Assembly: GCA_030390025.1 (NCBI GenBank) | Contig: CM059432.1 | Location: forward strand, 121,212,001-121,276,000 | DNA from: Squalus acanthias | Lineage: Eukaryota | Length of the DNA stretch: 64,000 nt | Direction: 5' to 3' | Shown here: positions 9,386-20,018 of the stretch, piece after piece | Numbering within the stretch: position 1 is the stretch's first letter | How the letters are laid out: every line of letters starts with the position of its first letter | Notes under the pieces: model-generated | What the model was told of the DNA's origin: nothing | What the model saw: the letters and a program-made list of their open reading frames with translations, nothing else | Database searches by the model: none | Position numbers and translations under genes: made by a program

Positions 9386-12300
9386 CTAAATTCTGCGAAG
9401 GCTGCCGCGAGCTTCTCCAAGTGGTGGGAGGGCACCGACCCCTTCCTTTGATCTGCCGCAGCCTGTCGCTGCTGCGCTGGGACTGGGATCTCCCTGGGCT
9501 GCCTTGACCTTGAACTTACGCCTGGGGGCGCGCGGGGGACTTGACCACGCCTTCCTGGGCTGGGGTGTCCGACCTGACCTACGGAGGGCTACATTGGACA
9601 AGGTTTCCGGGGCCGACGGACCGGGTACCGAGACTTCCACCGTCACGACCTGTGGTCCTACCACAGCCGCTGGCTCTGTCTCCCCGAGCTCCGCCCCCCT
9701 GGGCTCGGGACCTGCAGTTTCTGATTCCACCCTATGTGGATCTCCACTCGCAATCCCTATCTCCCCTAAGCTTGAATCGAGGACGAACCTTTCGTCCTCC
9801 GATCTCAGCACCTCTCCGATCGGGTCACTACCTTGGTCGAGCTCCTCGAGCTCTCCCTCATCGGAATCCCAACCCCAAGAAAAGATCTTACACTTTCCTA
9901 GAATGTCCTCTCCCCTCACGCAGGCTGCTTTACCGGTCTGTGTGCCCTGCAGTCCTACCCGGGGCTGCGAGTCCCCACTCGCAGGTTTGGCCCCTGTGGT
10001 TGGCCCCTGTGCACCCGGCTTATACAGCTTGCACTGGTTAATGTGGAACCACTTCGTGCGCCGAGGTACCTTTACGGCGTATACCATGGGACTTGCCTTA
10101 TCTACAATACTGTAGGGCCCCATATACAGTGGTTCCAGACTCCCTACTCTGGCATAGTTCCTGACCATGACCTGGTCTCCTACTTCCCACTCCTGCTTCT
10201 TGCGGGGTTCCAGCAACAGGCGATTGCCCTGATGCTGTTTTCCCATGTTCCCAGCCGCCTGCTCGTAAACCTGCTTCAGGCGCTCCAAGAGGGTCTGGAC
10301 ATACTTGTCCCTTTTCACCTCTTGGAGCTGACCTCAGTGAGCACCGGCGCTAGTACATGGGTGGGGGTTCGCATGATCCTCCCAGTCATGACCTCGTACG
10401 GGGAATACCCCGTACTTTTCGACTGACTGGCCCGGATCCCCATGAGGACTAGAGGCAGAACCTCCGCCCATTTTTGGGGCGAGTTCATAGTCTCTTTCCT
10501 CAGCTTCTCCTTCAGGGTCCGGTTCATGCGTTCAACAATCCCGGATGACTGGGGATTGTGCGCTACGTGCCACTTCCCTTCAATGCCCAAAAGCATGAGG
10601 GTGTTCTGCATCACCTGGCCGGTGAAATGACTCCCTTGGTCTGACTCCACGAAACGGGGGAGTCCCCACCGCGAGAACACTTCCCGGACCAAGATTTTTG
10701 CGGTACCCAGCGCCGTAGCTGTTCTACAGGGGAAGGCTTCTACCCATTTGGAAAACACATCCACCAAGACGATGCAGTATTTGTAGCCTCCCTGGGTGAT
10801 GGGCAGGGGCCCTATGTAATCGATCTGTATCGACTGCCATGGTCCCTCCACCCTCCTGATGTGCCCCATGTGCACTTTCCTTTTCTGGGGTCTGGGTTGT
10901 TTGCGGCGCACACGAGACAGTTTGCACAGAACTCGCGGACCTGCTCCCTGAGTCCCGGCCACCATCCCGCCTGCTCTACCCGTTGCCAGGTAACCTCGGG
11001 CCCGGGGTGTCCTGCCCCCGGCCCCTCATGAGCCAACTGGAGGAATTCCCTCCTGTGCTGCTGCGGCACAACCCACTGTTCCTTGCGGAACAGCATGCCT
11101 TCTTTAACGGAGAGGGTTGCCGTACTGTACGGGCCCTCTACCTGCTTGCCCTCAGTAATCGTTCTGAGAACTGCTTTTAAGGCGGGATCCTGGTTCTGGA
11201 CGGTCTTAAGGTCTAGGGGCAGTGCTACCCTGGTGTTCCCGGGATTCCCGTCCCTGCCTTGGATCGCTGCCATGGGTCCGGGCCCATAGGGGTCCCAGAA
11301 AAAGCCGTTACGGGCACCCTCCTTGGCTAGCGCATCCGCCTGCTGGTTGCCCTCCCCGCGGGGCTCTGTGGAGGAGTGAGCCTTCACCTTATGGATGAAA
11401 ATCTCCCCTTCCTCCCCTACTGCTGCTAGGATCTTTTCCAGCAAGGGCTTCACCGTTAAAGGTCGCCCGTCCGCGGAGGTGTATTCACGGCGGGACCAAA
11501 TGGCCAGGTATTCTGTACACGAATTGCACGTGAACATACTGTCCGAACAAATCGTGTATGGGGTTGGGAAAATTTCTGGGTGGGTAACGATGTACGCCAC
11601 CACAGACAGCTCAGCCTGCTGCGCGCTCATGGTGCTGGGGAGTTTAATTGCCAGGGCAAGGTTTGCCGCAGGGTCATAAACTCCACACCTTGTGAGTCGT
11701 TCGCCAGCGGACACTGTGCTGGAACCATCAACATAAAACTCGCGACCTGTGGGATGTATCCCGGCCCGCCAACCTTTGTTGACCTCCCACACCCCTTCTA
11801 CCGAACACCGGTGGGCTGTTCCGGGGTATACCAAATTGGCCGCAAGCCTGGGCTCGCAAAGACCTTTAACTCTAAGATCCATCTGGGAAAGGAGAAGGGT
11901 CCAGCACGCAATTCGAGCGCTGCTTACGGTCCCATCCTTAATCCTCCCATCTAGAAGCATCTTAGTTGGTGTGTGATGGGTGAGGAGAGTGATGGGAGAG
12001 AGTCCTGTGAAGATCGCTGATCTTTTCACAGCCCAATGCGTGGCTAACAGATGCCTTTCGCAATTGGAGAAACTCCTCTCCACATCCGTTAACACCCTGG
12101 TCGAATAGACAACCGGCCTCAGCTTGCCGTGACACTCTTGGAGCAGCACGGCGCTCAAGCTGTCCCAGCTGGCAGCTACCTCCAGGAAAAACTCCTTTCC
12201 CCCATCTATGACCCCTAAAGCTGGCGCGGTCTGCAAATCCCTTTTTAACTTCTCGAATGCTGCCTGACAACCCTCGTCCCAAGACCACTCCACTCCCTTA

Positions 12301-13688
12301 TGGAGGAGTCGGATCAGCGGAGCTGCTGTGGCCGCATAGTCCTCGATGAAGTCTCTACAGTATCCGGTCAGTCCCAGAAAGGACCTCACACCCGTTATGG
12401 TGTTGGGAATCGGTAACTCCTGCACCGACTCCCTCCTAGCCTTATCTTTGGCTCTTTCCCCAGCGCGAATGGTCAGACCCAGGAATTTTACTTCCTGCTG
12501 ACCGATACGTGCTTTCTTTGGGTTCACTTTAAAACCCTTTCTCGCTAGCAGCTCCAATAACTCGGCTAGCAGTGGTCCATGCTCCTCCCTTGAGTCCGTG
12601 AACAGGAGCAAATCGTCCACGTACTGCACTATCTGATTGGGCTGACTAAACTCCTTTAAACTTCCTGCCATACACTGATGGAAAATACTGGGGCTGTTGT
12701 GGAAACCCTGTGGCAAACAGTTCCATGTGTACTGTTGTCCTTTGAAAGTAAAGGCAAACTTGTACTGGTCCTCTTGCCGCAGCGGGATGGACCAAAAACC
12801 GTTCGAGATATCCAGCACCGTGAATGTGGTCGCGGACGCTGGGATACTCCCTATTAGGTCAGCAACTGCTGCTACTGTGGGCGCGCAGGCGGGGATGTTA
12901 CTGTTAAGGACTCTGTAGTCCACCGTGGCCCTCCACGAATTATCCGGCTTCCTCACCGGCCATAATGGGGAGTTCACGTGTGTGGCTATCGGCCTCAACA
13001 TGCCCTGCTGCACCAAGGAGGACATTGCTGTCTCCATATCGGGTTCTGCTTCTTTTGGGAAGTTATACTGCTTTTGGGGCCGGGTCATGGGGTCCCCGTC
13101 TACGCTGACCTCAAACCCGGTAACCCTCCCACAATCGTGCTTGTGGGTTGCAAACGCGTGCATATTAGCTGACACGTACGTTTGCATGTCCATTGGGACA
13201 TCCGCGACCATAAGCCCGAGGTCGTAACCTCCGGATGGCTTCATGGTACACAGGGCCCCTTTACCTTCCTTCCCCGGGATTACCACTACCTTGCCTTTTC
13301 CACCCTTGGCTCCCCAGAGACAGTGATTCCTAAGGTCCACGAGGATCCCGTGTTCCGATAGGAGATCCGATCCGAGGATACCTCTGCCACCCACCTCTTG
13401 CCATTTCATCAGTATGCACTTCCATGTGGTGTGGAGTGCTCCTAAATGAATGGAGAGCGGAATGGAGAACGCGCCAGCCTGCTCTTTTCCCATGAACCCC
13501 GCTAATGTGTATGGGACCTTGGTAGACAGTGGTGAGTCAAAGGGGCTATCCGTATGAATCACGGTGCATGAAGCTCCCGTGTCCAACAAATAACTACCCT
13601 TCTGCTTCTCTACCTCCATCTCTACCAGGGGTCTTTTCCACGCATCATAGCTGAGCGGACACAGGTAGACTGGCTGCGCGGGCTCTAG
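9386..13688 (-). CDS. pol: Pol polyprotein: protease, RT, degenerate RNase H (tether), RNase H, integrase with GPY/F and a long C-terminal extension; frameshifts at ~10882 and ~10332
   Basis: LLDTGAS; LPQGFHNSP and QYVDD; YVDGSS..AQQAEL..SDS..HKVKAH..GNQQADALAK; H..H..C..C zinc finger; IDYIGP..SDQGSHF..SSGIVERMNRTLK; GPYSI. Confidence 0.95.
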
Positions 13689-15512
13689 TCATTGGGTACC
13701 GGTGGACGGGGTTGTGGCCTCTGTGAGGCCGGTAGCGACTGCCACCCTTCCTTGCGAAATCATTAGGGTCCGCATGGCTCCCAACATTGATTCTATCGCA
13801 TCGGGATGGATAGGCACACCAGCTCCTTTCTCAGAGACAGGAGCTTGGGTTCGGACTGCAGGAGCTTTGTCCCTGGAGTCCTTCCAGGGATTCCTGCAGT
13901 TTTTACGCCAGTGACCTGTCTTCCCGCACCCGTAACAAACACCACTGGCCTGTGGGGCGCGGTTTCCCTCCTGATGCCACTCCCTTTGAACCGGGGCTGC
14001 GGGCCGTGCATCATGCACCTTTCCCTTAAGGGGACGCGCTCCCGTGCTCCTAGTGTTACGATACCCTATCGTGAGTCGATTTAGGACCGACTCCTCTGTA
14101 GTGGCGGGGTTAGTGGGATCAAACCACGCTTTGGCCTGCTCCCTGACTGCTGGCAAACTGTTGGCTACTAAACACCTGAGCCAATGAGTTAAACCGACAC
14201 CGTCCAGATAATCGCGCCCTGGTGCACCTGGGCAGCTACGCTGGTATACTGGCCACAGCCTGTCGGCGAAAACCCTCGGGTGTTCTCCCTCCATCTCAAC
14301 TGTCTGACCCAATCTAACGAACGGACCTTCGTCGTCCGCCCCCAGCACATCTAGGACCTCGTCCCTTAACTTCTCATAGGTATTACTACCCCTCTTGCTC
14401 TCGTCTGAGAGACACTGAAGGATCGAGCTATCTAACGAGAACAGCAACATTTTAGTCTTTTCCGCATCGTCGCAGCCATTAATTGCTGCGGTCTGTTCTA
14501 CCTCCCTGAAGTGTACGGAAGGGTCGTCTGACTCAGACAGCTTCCGTACATGACTAATCATTGCTCTCAGCTGGTGTGAGCTGTGAGGCAACACAAGCTG
14601 GTTCAGGACATCCCCGTCCTCCCCATTGACTCCGTTCGGGCCCCTCTTGTGACCAGTTAGCGGACACAACGGTCCCGGCTTCGACACTACCTCTGGGGAT
14701 TGTCCTACCTCGGGGACCTCCTCTTCTATTTCCACCACTTCCTTCCTTACCCAGGTTGCCGAATAACTGGGTGGCGCGGAGGGCGCAGTGGCAAATACCT
14801 CCTCTGCTTTGTCTGGTAGGGATTTTGGGAATTCCCTACCCACCTGTGGCTGGTGTGCTGACGGGCTGATTAGGCACACCATGCCGTTTGCCTTATTCAG
14901 GGCCTCTCTTAGGTTCCCTATCTCCTTCTGGCAAACACTGTGGTCGGCTCTCTCATGCTTATCCTCGAGGGCCATCTTATATGCCGCCCTAACTCCCTTC
15001 AAGCTTTCTTCTTGGGCTCTTATCTGGGTAGCTAGGCGGGCACACCGTTCTTTAATCCTCCCCTCGTTTAACTTCGCTTCCGTGACCTGACACTCTAGGT
15101 AATCTATTTTAGACTCATGGTGGTTGGCTACTATCTGGCGTTCCTGATGTAACGCATTCAAGGATGCAATGCGTTTCTGTCCTCCCGTGATCTTTTCCTC
15201 CATTTCAACTTCCAATTCCCTGATCTGAGCTGCCTGTGCTACAATGACCTGGTCCGAAAGTTGGACTTGCTTCTTGTAGCACATCAGCCAGACCACTTTC
15301 TCCACCGACTTCTTATGCTCTTTACTGCCTGTCCATTTGATGGCTGCGTCTGGCGGACGCTTATCCATCAGCAGGTCACTTATCCACCTTTTGGTTAAGT
15401 TAACCTTCCCAAACACATAGTCAGCTACCCTCTCATCCATCACATTTCGCCTATTCACACCAGGGTCTAAAACATTACTCTCTCGCTGCCAGCCTCGTGC
15501 CGCGGTCGCCAT
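13689..15512 (-). CDS. gag: Gag, 607 aa, intact: N-terminal coiled coil, capsid-like region, one CCHC zinc knuckle
   Basis: CYGCGKTGHWRKNC knuckle; position upstream of protease; strong Kozak context gaaaATGG. Confidence 0.92.
   Translation of the reverse strand: MATAARGWQRESNVLDPGVNRRNVMDERVADYVFGKVNLTKRWISDLLMDKRPPDAAIKWTGSKEHKKSVEKVVWLMCYKKQVQLSDQVIVAQAAQIRELEVEMEEKITGGQKRIASLNALHQERQIVANHHESKIDYLECQVTEAKLNEGRIKERCARLATQIRAQEESLKGVRAAYKMALEDKHERADHSVCQKEIGNLREALNKANGMVCLISPSAHQPQVGREFPKSLPDKAEEVFATAPSAPPSYSATWVRKEVVEIEEEVPEVGQSPEVVSKPGPLCPLTGHKRGPNGVNGEDGDVLNQLVLPHSSHQLRAMISHVRKLSESDDPSVHFREVEQTAAINGCDDAEKTKMLLFSLDSSILQCLSDESKRGSNTYEKLRDEVLDVLGADDEGPFVRLGQTVEMEGEHPRVFADRLWPVYQRSCPGAPGRDYLDGVGLTHWLRCLVANSLPAVREQAKAWFDPTNPATTEESVLNRLTIGYRNTRSTGARPLKGKVHDARPAAPVQREWHQEGNRAPQASGVCYGCGKTGHWRKNCRNPWKDSRDKAPAVRTQAPVSEKGAGVPIHPDAIESMLGAMRTLMISQGRVAVATGLTEATTPSTGTQ
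15494..15511 (-). other. Candidate primer-binding site TGGCGACCGCGGCACGAG, overlapping the gag start codon; cognate tRNA not determined
   Basis: TGG-initiated motif 5 nt after the 5' LTR end. Confidence 0.55.
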
Positions 15513-15868
15513 TTTCTGTAAGGGGTTTCGGTTCAGGGTGCTTGTGCGGGGTTAGGCCTTCGTTGCCTAATACTATTGCTTGCTCTGCTCTCTGGCCAGC
15601 CTTGTTGCAATAAGCACCTGTGAGTGGTTCGACCCACTCGCCCTTACGGTTCTAACACTGGACTTCGGTGCGAGAGCAGTAATGCAGAGAAAACTCAAAT
15701 AGACCCGGTTGAATAGTACGAAATGGAAACCTTTATTGCATAACGTCCAAAATCATGAAGTACATGTCATAGGCACAAATTAATGACAGTACAAGTATAC
15801 ATACATTCATAAAACTTGGTCTAGGGTAATGAGGAACGCACGGCACATCGTAAAAAGGGGAACACATT

Positions 15869-16614
15869 GGGGTAAAAATTCAGTTGGTTGCGCCTCCCGT
15901 TAGCGCCTTAAGAGGGCGCTAATGGGGCGCAAAGCCGCTAATGCCCGGGCGCAGCGATGTTTGCACCGCTCGGGAACTTAACTAGAGATTGTGCGGCGGC
16001 GCTAAACTTTACCGCTGCGACCACCTGCGCGCGCAGATTGTGACGTCATTCCGTGGTGCAACGCCCTTGTGGCGCCCCGGAGCGGAAATTGAGTGGCGCC
16101 CCCTGCCTTACCGCCTGGCGCATTCAACGACCGGAAGACTGGAACGCTATCAATCGCTGTGGGGCTGGCGGGGGGGGGGCGCTATTTAAAGGGGGCCTCT
16201 TCCTGTCTTTTTCTGTGGTTGACATTTTTGCACCACTCGTTCTGAGAGACAGAGAGAGATTTGGAGAGAGAGAAAGAGAGACTTCTGCATTGAGTCAACG
16301 CTTTGTGAGGTAGTTTTGCCTACTGATCCTAACAGTTGGCCCCCCCCCGCTTTAAGAACTGGCCGGCGCCAGTGTGTCTGTGTTCCCTCGCTAACTGGCA
16401 GCACCTGCGCTGCGCTCGCGCGCTGAGTTAACGCCTCACTGCTCGGCCTTTGTGCCTTAAGGCATGTGTGCAGCGCCTGATTTAGCGCTCCACTCACCTC
16501 CCGGGGCGGTAAAAGTGAAGTTTCCAGTCAGTGGCGATAATTAGCGCCAGGCGCTAATATTTGCGTCCAGACGATATTTGCGCCCCAAATGGGGCGCGAC
16601 CTAATTTTTCCCCC
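15869..16614. mobile_element. Harbinger-derived non-autonomous element (746 bp) inserted in the 5' LTR
   Basis: TIRs ggggtaaaaatt / aatttttccccc; ATT TSD; the empty site is visible in the other LTR; both arms match the ends of 20137-24261. Confidence 0.92.
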
Positions 16615-16692
16615 ATTATATTTATCCTTAATAAAAACCACCCTCCCCTATCAATACCTACACTAATCTAGATTTGTAGGATCGGGAAACAT

Positions 16693-16700
16693 GCTCACCA
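16693..16700 (-). promoter_or_regulatory. Candidate major splice donor inside the LTR (TG|GTGAGC)
   Basis: Consensus-like donor in both LTRs (5214-5221 in the 3' LTR), upstream of AATAAA on the minus strand. Confidence 0.45.
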
Positions 16701-19567
16701 CTCGTGATACTTCGGAGAATTTTAAACTAAGGCACTTGGCTTGTTTCGCTGCAGCACCTGACTGTCACGTGTTTGGAGGGGTCTCTGTACCCCACTTCTT
16801 CTCCTCTTCTTCTCGTCTCGTCTCGTCTTCTTCGGGCCTTCGGGTCCAAACACCATTTACCGACTCTCGGGATGGTGCACCCGGTCACTGGCCTTCGTCG
16901 AGGCGACTCGTTCCGTTTGAGCCCCACCCAACATAGTCAACAGAGTCCAGAGAAAAACAGAAGGCTGCTCGTCCAGCAGAGCGAGTCCATGAAGCGGCAA
17001 GCGAATAAAAGTTCAGCAGTCATCAGCGAGATAAGACAGTCAAGAGTCAAGAGACCGATGGACATTTGTTCACTATAGTTATAGTGCTGTGTTCCCTTAT
17101 CTCCCGCCCAAATCTTAATGTTCATCCTTTGTAAAATCTTGGTGCTCAAAATTCCCAGTATGGGGTGATTCTTTCCTTTAATGGGTTTCGGTAGCACCTT
17201 AAACTGGCCAACTACCCGTTAATGTTTTCCCCATTGTCGAACCGGCTAGGAGTCTCCCTGACTGGTTTTGGGGCCTCCTCGAATACTGACTTAATCACCC
17301 GAGAATGGCTCTCTCATTGTAGAGCCGTGGGGAATTTGCGTATTGCTGTATCTGGATGGGCCTTCGATTGCCCATTACAATGGTCCTTACTTGTGCATGG
17401 AAAATGATTCTAGCACTTATATCTTTGCTATTGTGTCGAATGCAGACAGGTTGCATCCTGTCTTTATCAGTGTTTGCTGCGTATTAACCAATCTTATACT
17501 GAAATGTTTATTCGAACGCCATTTTGTCTGCCAACTGAAAATTCTGGAAGCTTCTGCCACGAGGCACGGCGGCCATTTTACAGGCTTCTGTGTCCTGTTT
17601 AATCATGACAGCATTTCGTTGAAATAAAACTGATGAAACGAATCTGCTTTATCTCGTTATTTCGAATCACGATAATTGCGAATTTTACACCCTTTATCCA
17701 CAGCACATGTTATTTCCTCCACGAACTCCAATAAATTGGTTAAACATGATTTCCCTTGCACAAAACCATGTTGACTCTGTCTGATTACTTTGAACTTTTC
17801 TAAGTGCCCTGCTATAACTTCTTTAATGATAGCTTCTAACATCTTCCCTATGACAGATGTTAAGCTAACTAGCCTGTAGTTTCCTGCTTTCTGTCTCCTT
17901 CTCTTTTTGAATAAAGGAGTTACATCCGCTATTTTCCAATCTAATGGAACCATCCCCGAATCTAGGGAATTTTGGAAAATTAAAACCAACGCATCAACTA
18001 TCTCACTAGCTATTTCTTTTAAGACCCTAGGATGAAGTCCATCAGGACCCGGGGACTTGTCAGCCCGCCGCTCCAACAATTGGCTCAGTTCAACTTCCCT
18101 GGTGATTATAATTTTCTTGAGTTCCTCCCTCCCTTCCATTTCCTGATTTACAGCTATTTCTGGGATGTTACTTGTATCCTCTATAGTGAAGACCGATGCA
18201 AAATACCTGTTCAATTCAACTGCCATCTCCTTATTTTCCATTATTAATTCCCCAGACTCACTTTTTATAGGACCAACGCTCACTTTGTTAACTCTTTTCT
18301 TTTTTAATTATCTATAGAAACTCTTACTATCTGTTTTTATATTTCTAGCTAGCTTTCTCTCGTACTCTAATTTTTCTCTCCTTATTAATCTTTTAGTCAT
18401 TCTTTGCTGTTTTTTATATTCTGTCCAATCTTCTGACCTGCCACCCATCTTTGCGCAATTATATGCTTTTTCTTTTAGTTTAATACTATTTTTAACTTTT
18501 TTAGTTAACCACAGATGGTGGGTCCTCCCCTTGGAATTTTTCTTTCTTGTTGGAATGTATATATTTTGTGTATTTTGAAATATCCCCTTAAATGTCTGCC
18601 ACTGCAACTCTATTGACCTATCCCTTAACCTAATTTGCCAGTTCACTTTAGCTAGCTCTGCTTTCATGCCCTCATAATTGCCCTTATTTAAGTTTAAAAT
18701 ACTAGTCTTGGACCCACTCTTCTCTCTCTCAAACTAAATGTAAAATTCAATCATATTATGATCGCTGCTACCTAGGGGCGCCTTCACTATGACGTCATTA
18801 ATTAATCCTATCTCGTTGCACAATACCAGGTCTAGAACGTGCTGTTGTAAGAAACTATCCCGAAAACATTCCATGAACTCCTCATCTATGCTACCTTTGC
18901 CCATCTGATTTTTCCAGTCTATATGCAGATTAAAATCCCCCATGATTATTGCTGTACCCTTCTGACAAGCTCCCATTATTTCTTCCTTTATACTCCATCC
19001 TACCATGTGGTTACTGTTAGGGGGCCTGCACACCACTCCCACAAGTGACTTCTTGCCTTTATTATTTCTCATCTCTACCCAAACCATTTCTACATCCTGG
19101 TTTCCTGAACTTAGGTCATCCCTCTCTATTGTGCTAATACCATCATTAATTAACAGAGCCACCCCTCCACCTTTTCCCACCTTCCTGTCCTTCCTAAATG
19201 TCATGTACCCTCCAATATTCAGGTCCCAATCTATGTCATCCTGCAGCCATGTTTCTGTAACGGCTATCAGATCATATTAATTTATTTCTAGAGATTGCAG
19301 AGCTCTGAGATGCAGAGGGATCTGGGTGTGCTAGTGCATGAATCGCAAAAGGTTACTATGCAGGTAGAGCAAGTAATTAGGAAAGCTAACAGAATGTTAT
19401 CGTTTATTGCGAGGGGAATTGAATGCAAAAGTAGGGAGGTTATGCTTCAGTTATACAGGGCATTGGTGAGACCACATCTGGAGTACTGTGTACAGTATTG
19501 GTCTCCTTATTTAAGGAAGGATGTAAATGCGTTGGAAGCAGTTCAGAGAAGGTTTACTCGACTAATA

Positions 19568-20018
19568 GAAACATAAACATAGAAACTAGGAGCAGGAGTA
19601 GGCCATTCGACCCATCGAGCCTGCTCCACCATTCAATACGATCATGGCTGATCATCCAAATCCAGTACCCTGTCCCTGCCCCCTCACACAGAATCCCCAT
19701 CGAGCCTGCACCGACACATATCCCACCCTATCCCCGTAACCCCACGTATTTAATTCCCCCTAACATATCCCATCCTATCCCTGTAACCCCACATATTTAA
19801 TCCCCCCCTAACACTAAGGGTCAATTTTATCATAGCCAAATCAACCTAACCCGCACATTTTTGGACTGTGGGAGGAAACCGGAGCACCCGGAGGAAACCC
19901 ACGCAGACACGGGGAGAATGTACAAACTCCACACAGACAGTCACCCGAGGCCAGATTCGAACCCGGGTCTCTGGCGCTGTGAGGCACCAGTGCTAACCAC
20001 TATGCCACCGTGTTGCCC
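19568..20018 (-). mobile_element. HE1-like tRNA-derived V-SINE with a CR1-derived 3' tail
   Basis: Head ggtggcatagtggttagc...ggttcgaat (A/B boxes); V-domain gtctgcgtgggtttcctccgggtgctccggtttcctcccacagtcc; CR1-like tail. Confidence 0.88.

Larger units (their letters stand above)
4787..17689 (-). mobile_element. Endogenous retrovirus-like provirus LTR-gag-pol-env-LTR, lokiretrovirus-like
   Basis: Paired LTRs with TGTAA/TTACA ends; CCCT TSD at 4783-4786 and 17690-17693; gag, pol (two RNase H domains) and env ORFs in order on the minus strand. Confidence 0.95.
15517..17689 (-). repeat. 5' LTR (~1424 bp plus the MITE insertion)
   Basis: Direct repeat of 4787-6340 with TGTAA...TTACA ends. Confidence 0.95.
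3575..19289 (-). mobile_element. CR1 LINE (ORF2 endonuclease + RT, with stops) interrupted by the ERV; parts 3575-4786 and 17694-19289
   Basis: ORFs with YLDFQKVFDKVPH, SGVPQESVLGP, KFADDTK, GDFN and SDH motifs; own 3' tail at 3575-3600; sequence is continuous across the ERV (ggttcccct|ttatccacagc). Confidence 0.92.

Noticed and set aside
9504..10115. 203 aa antisense ORF opposite the integrase tail
   Set aside because: Begins at a non-ATG codon in GC-rich low-complexity sequence; expected shadow ORF.
3519..19300. Twin-priming inversion explaining the opposite CR1 pieces
   Set aside because: Both the plus and minus copies have their own 3' tails and overlapping RT sequence, so they are separate insertions.
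19940..20018. tRNA gene
   Set aside because: It is the tRNA-derived head of a SINE, continuous with the V-domain and CR1 tail.
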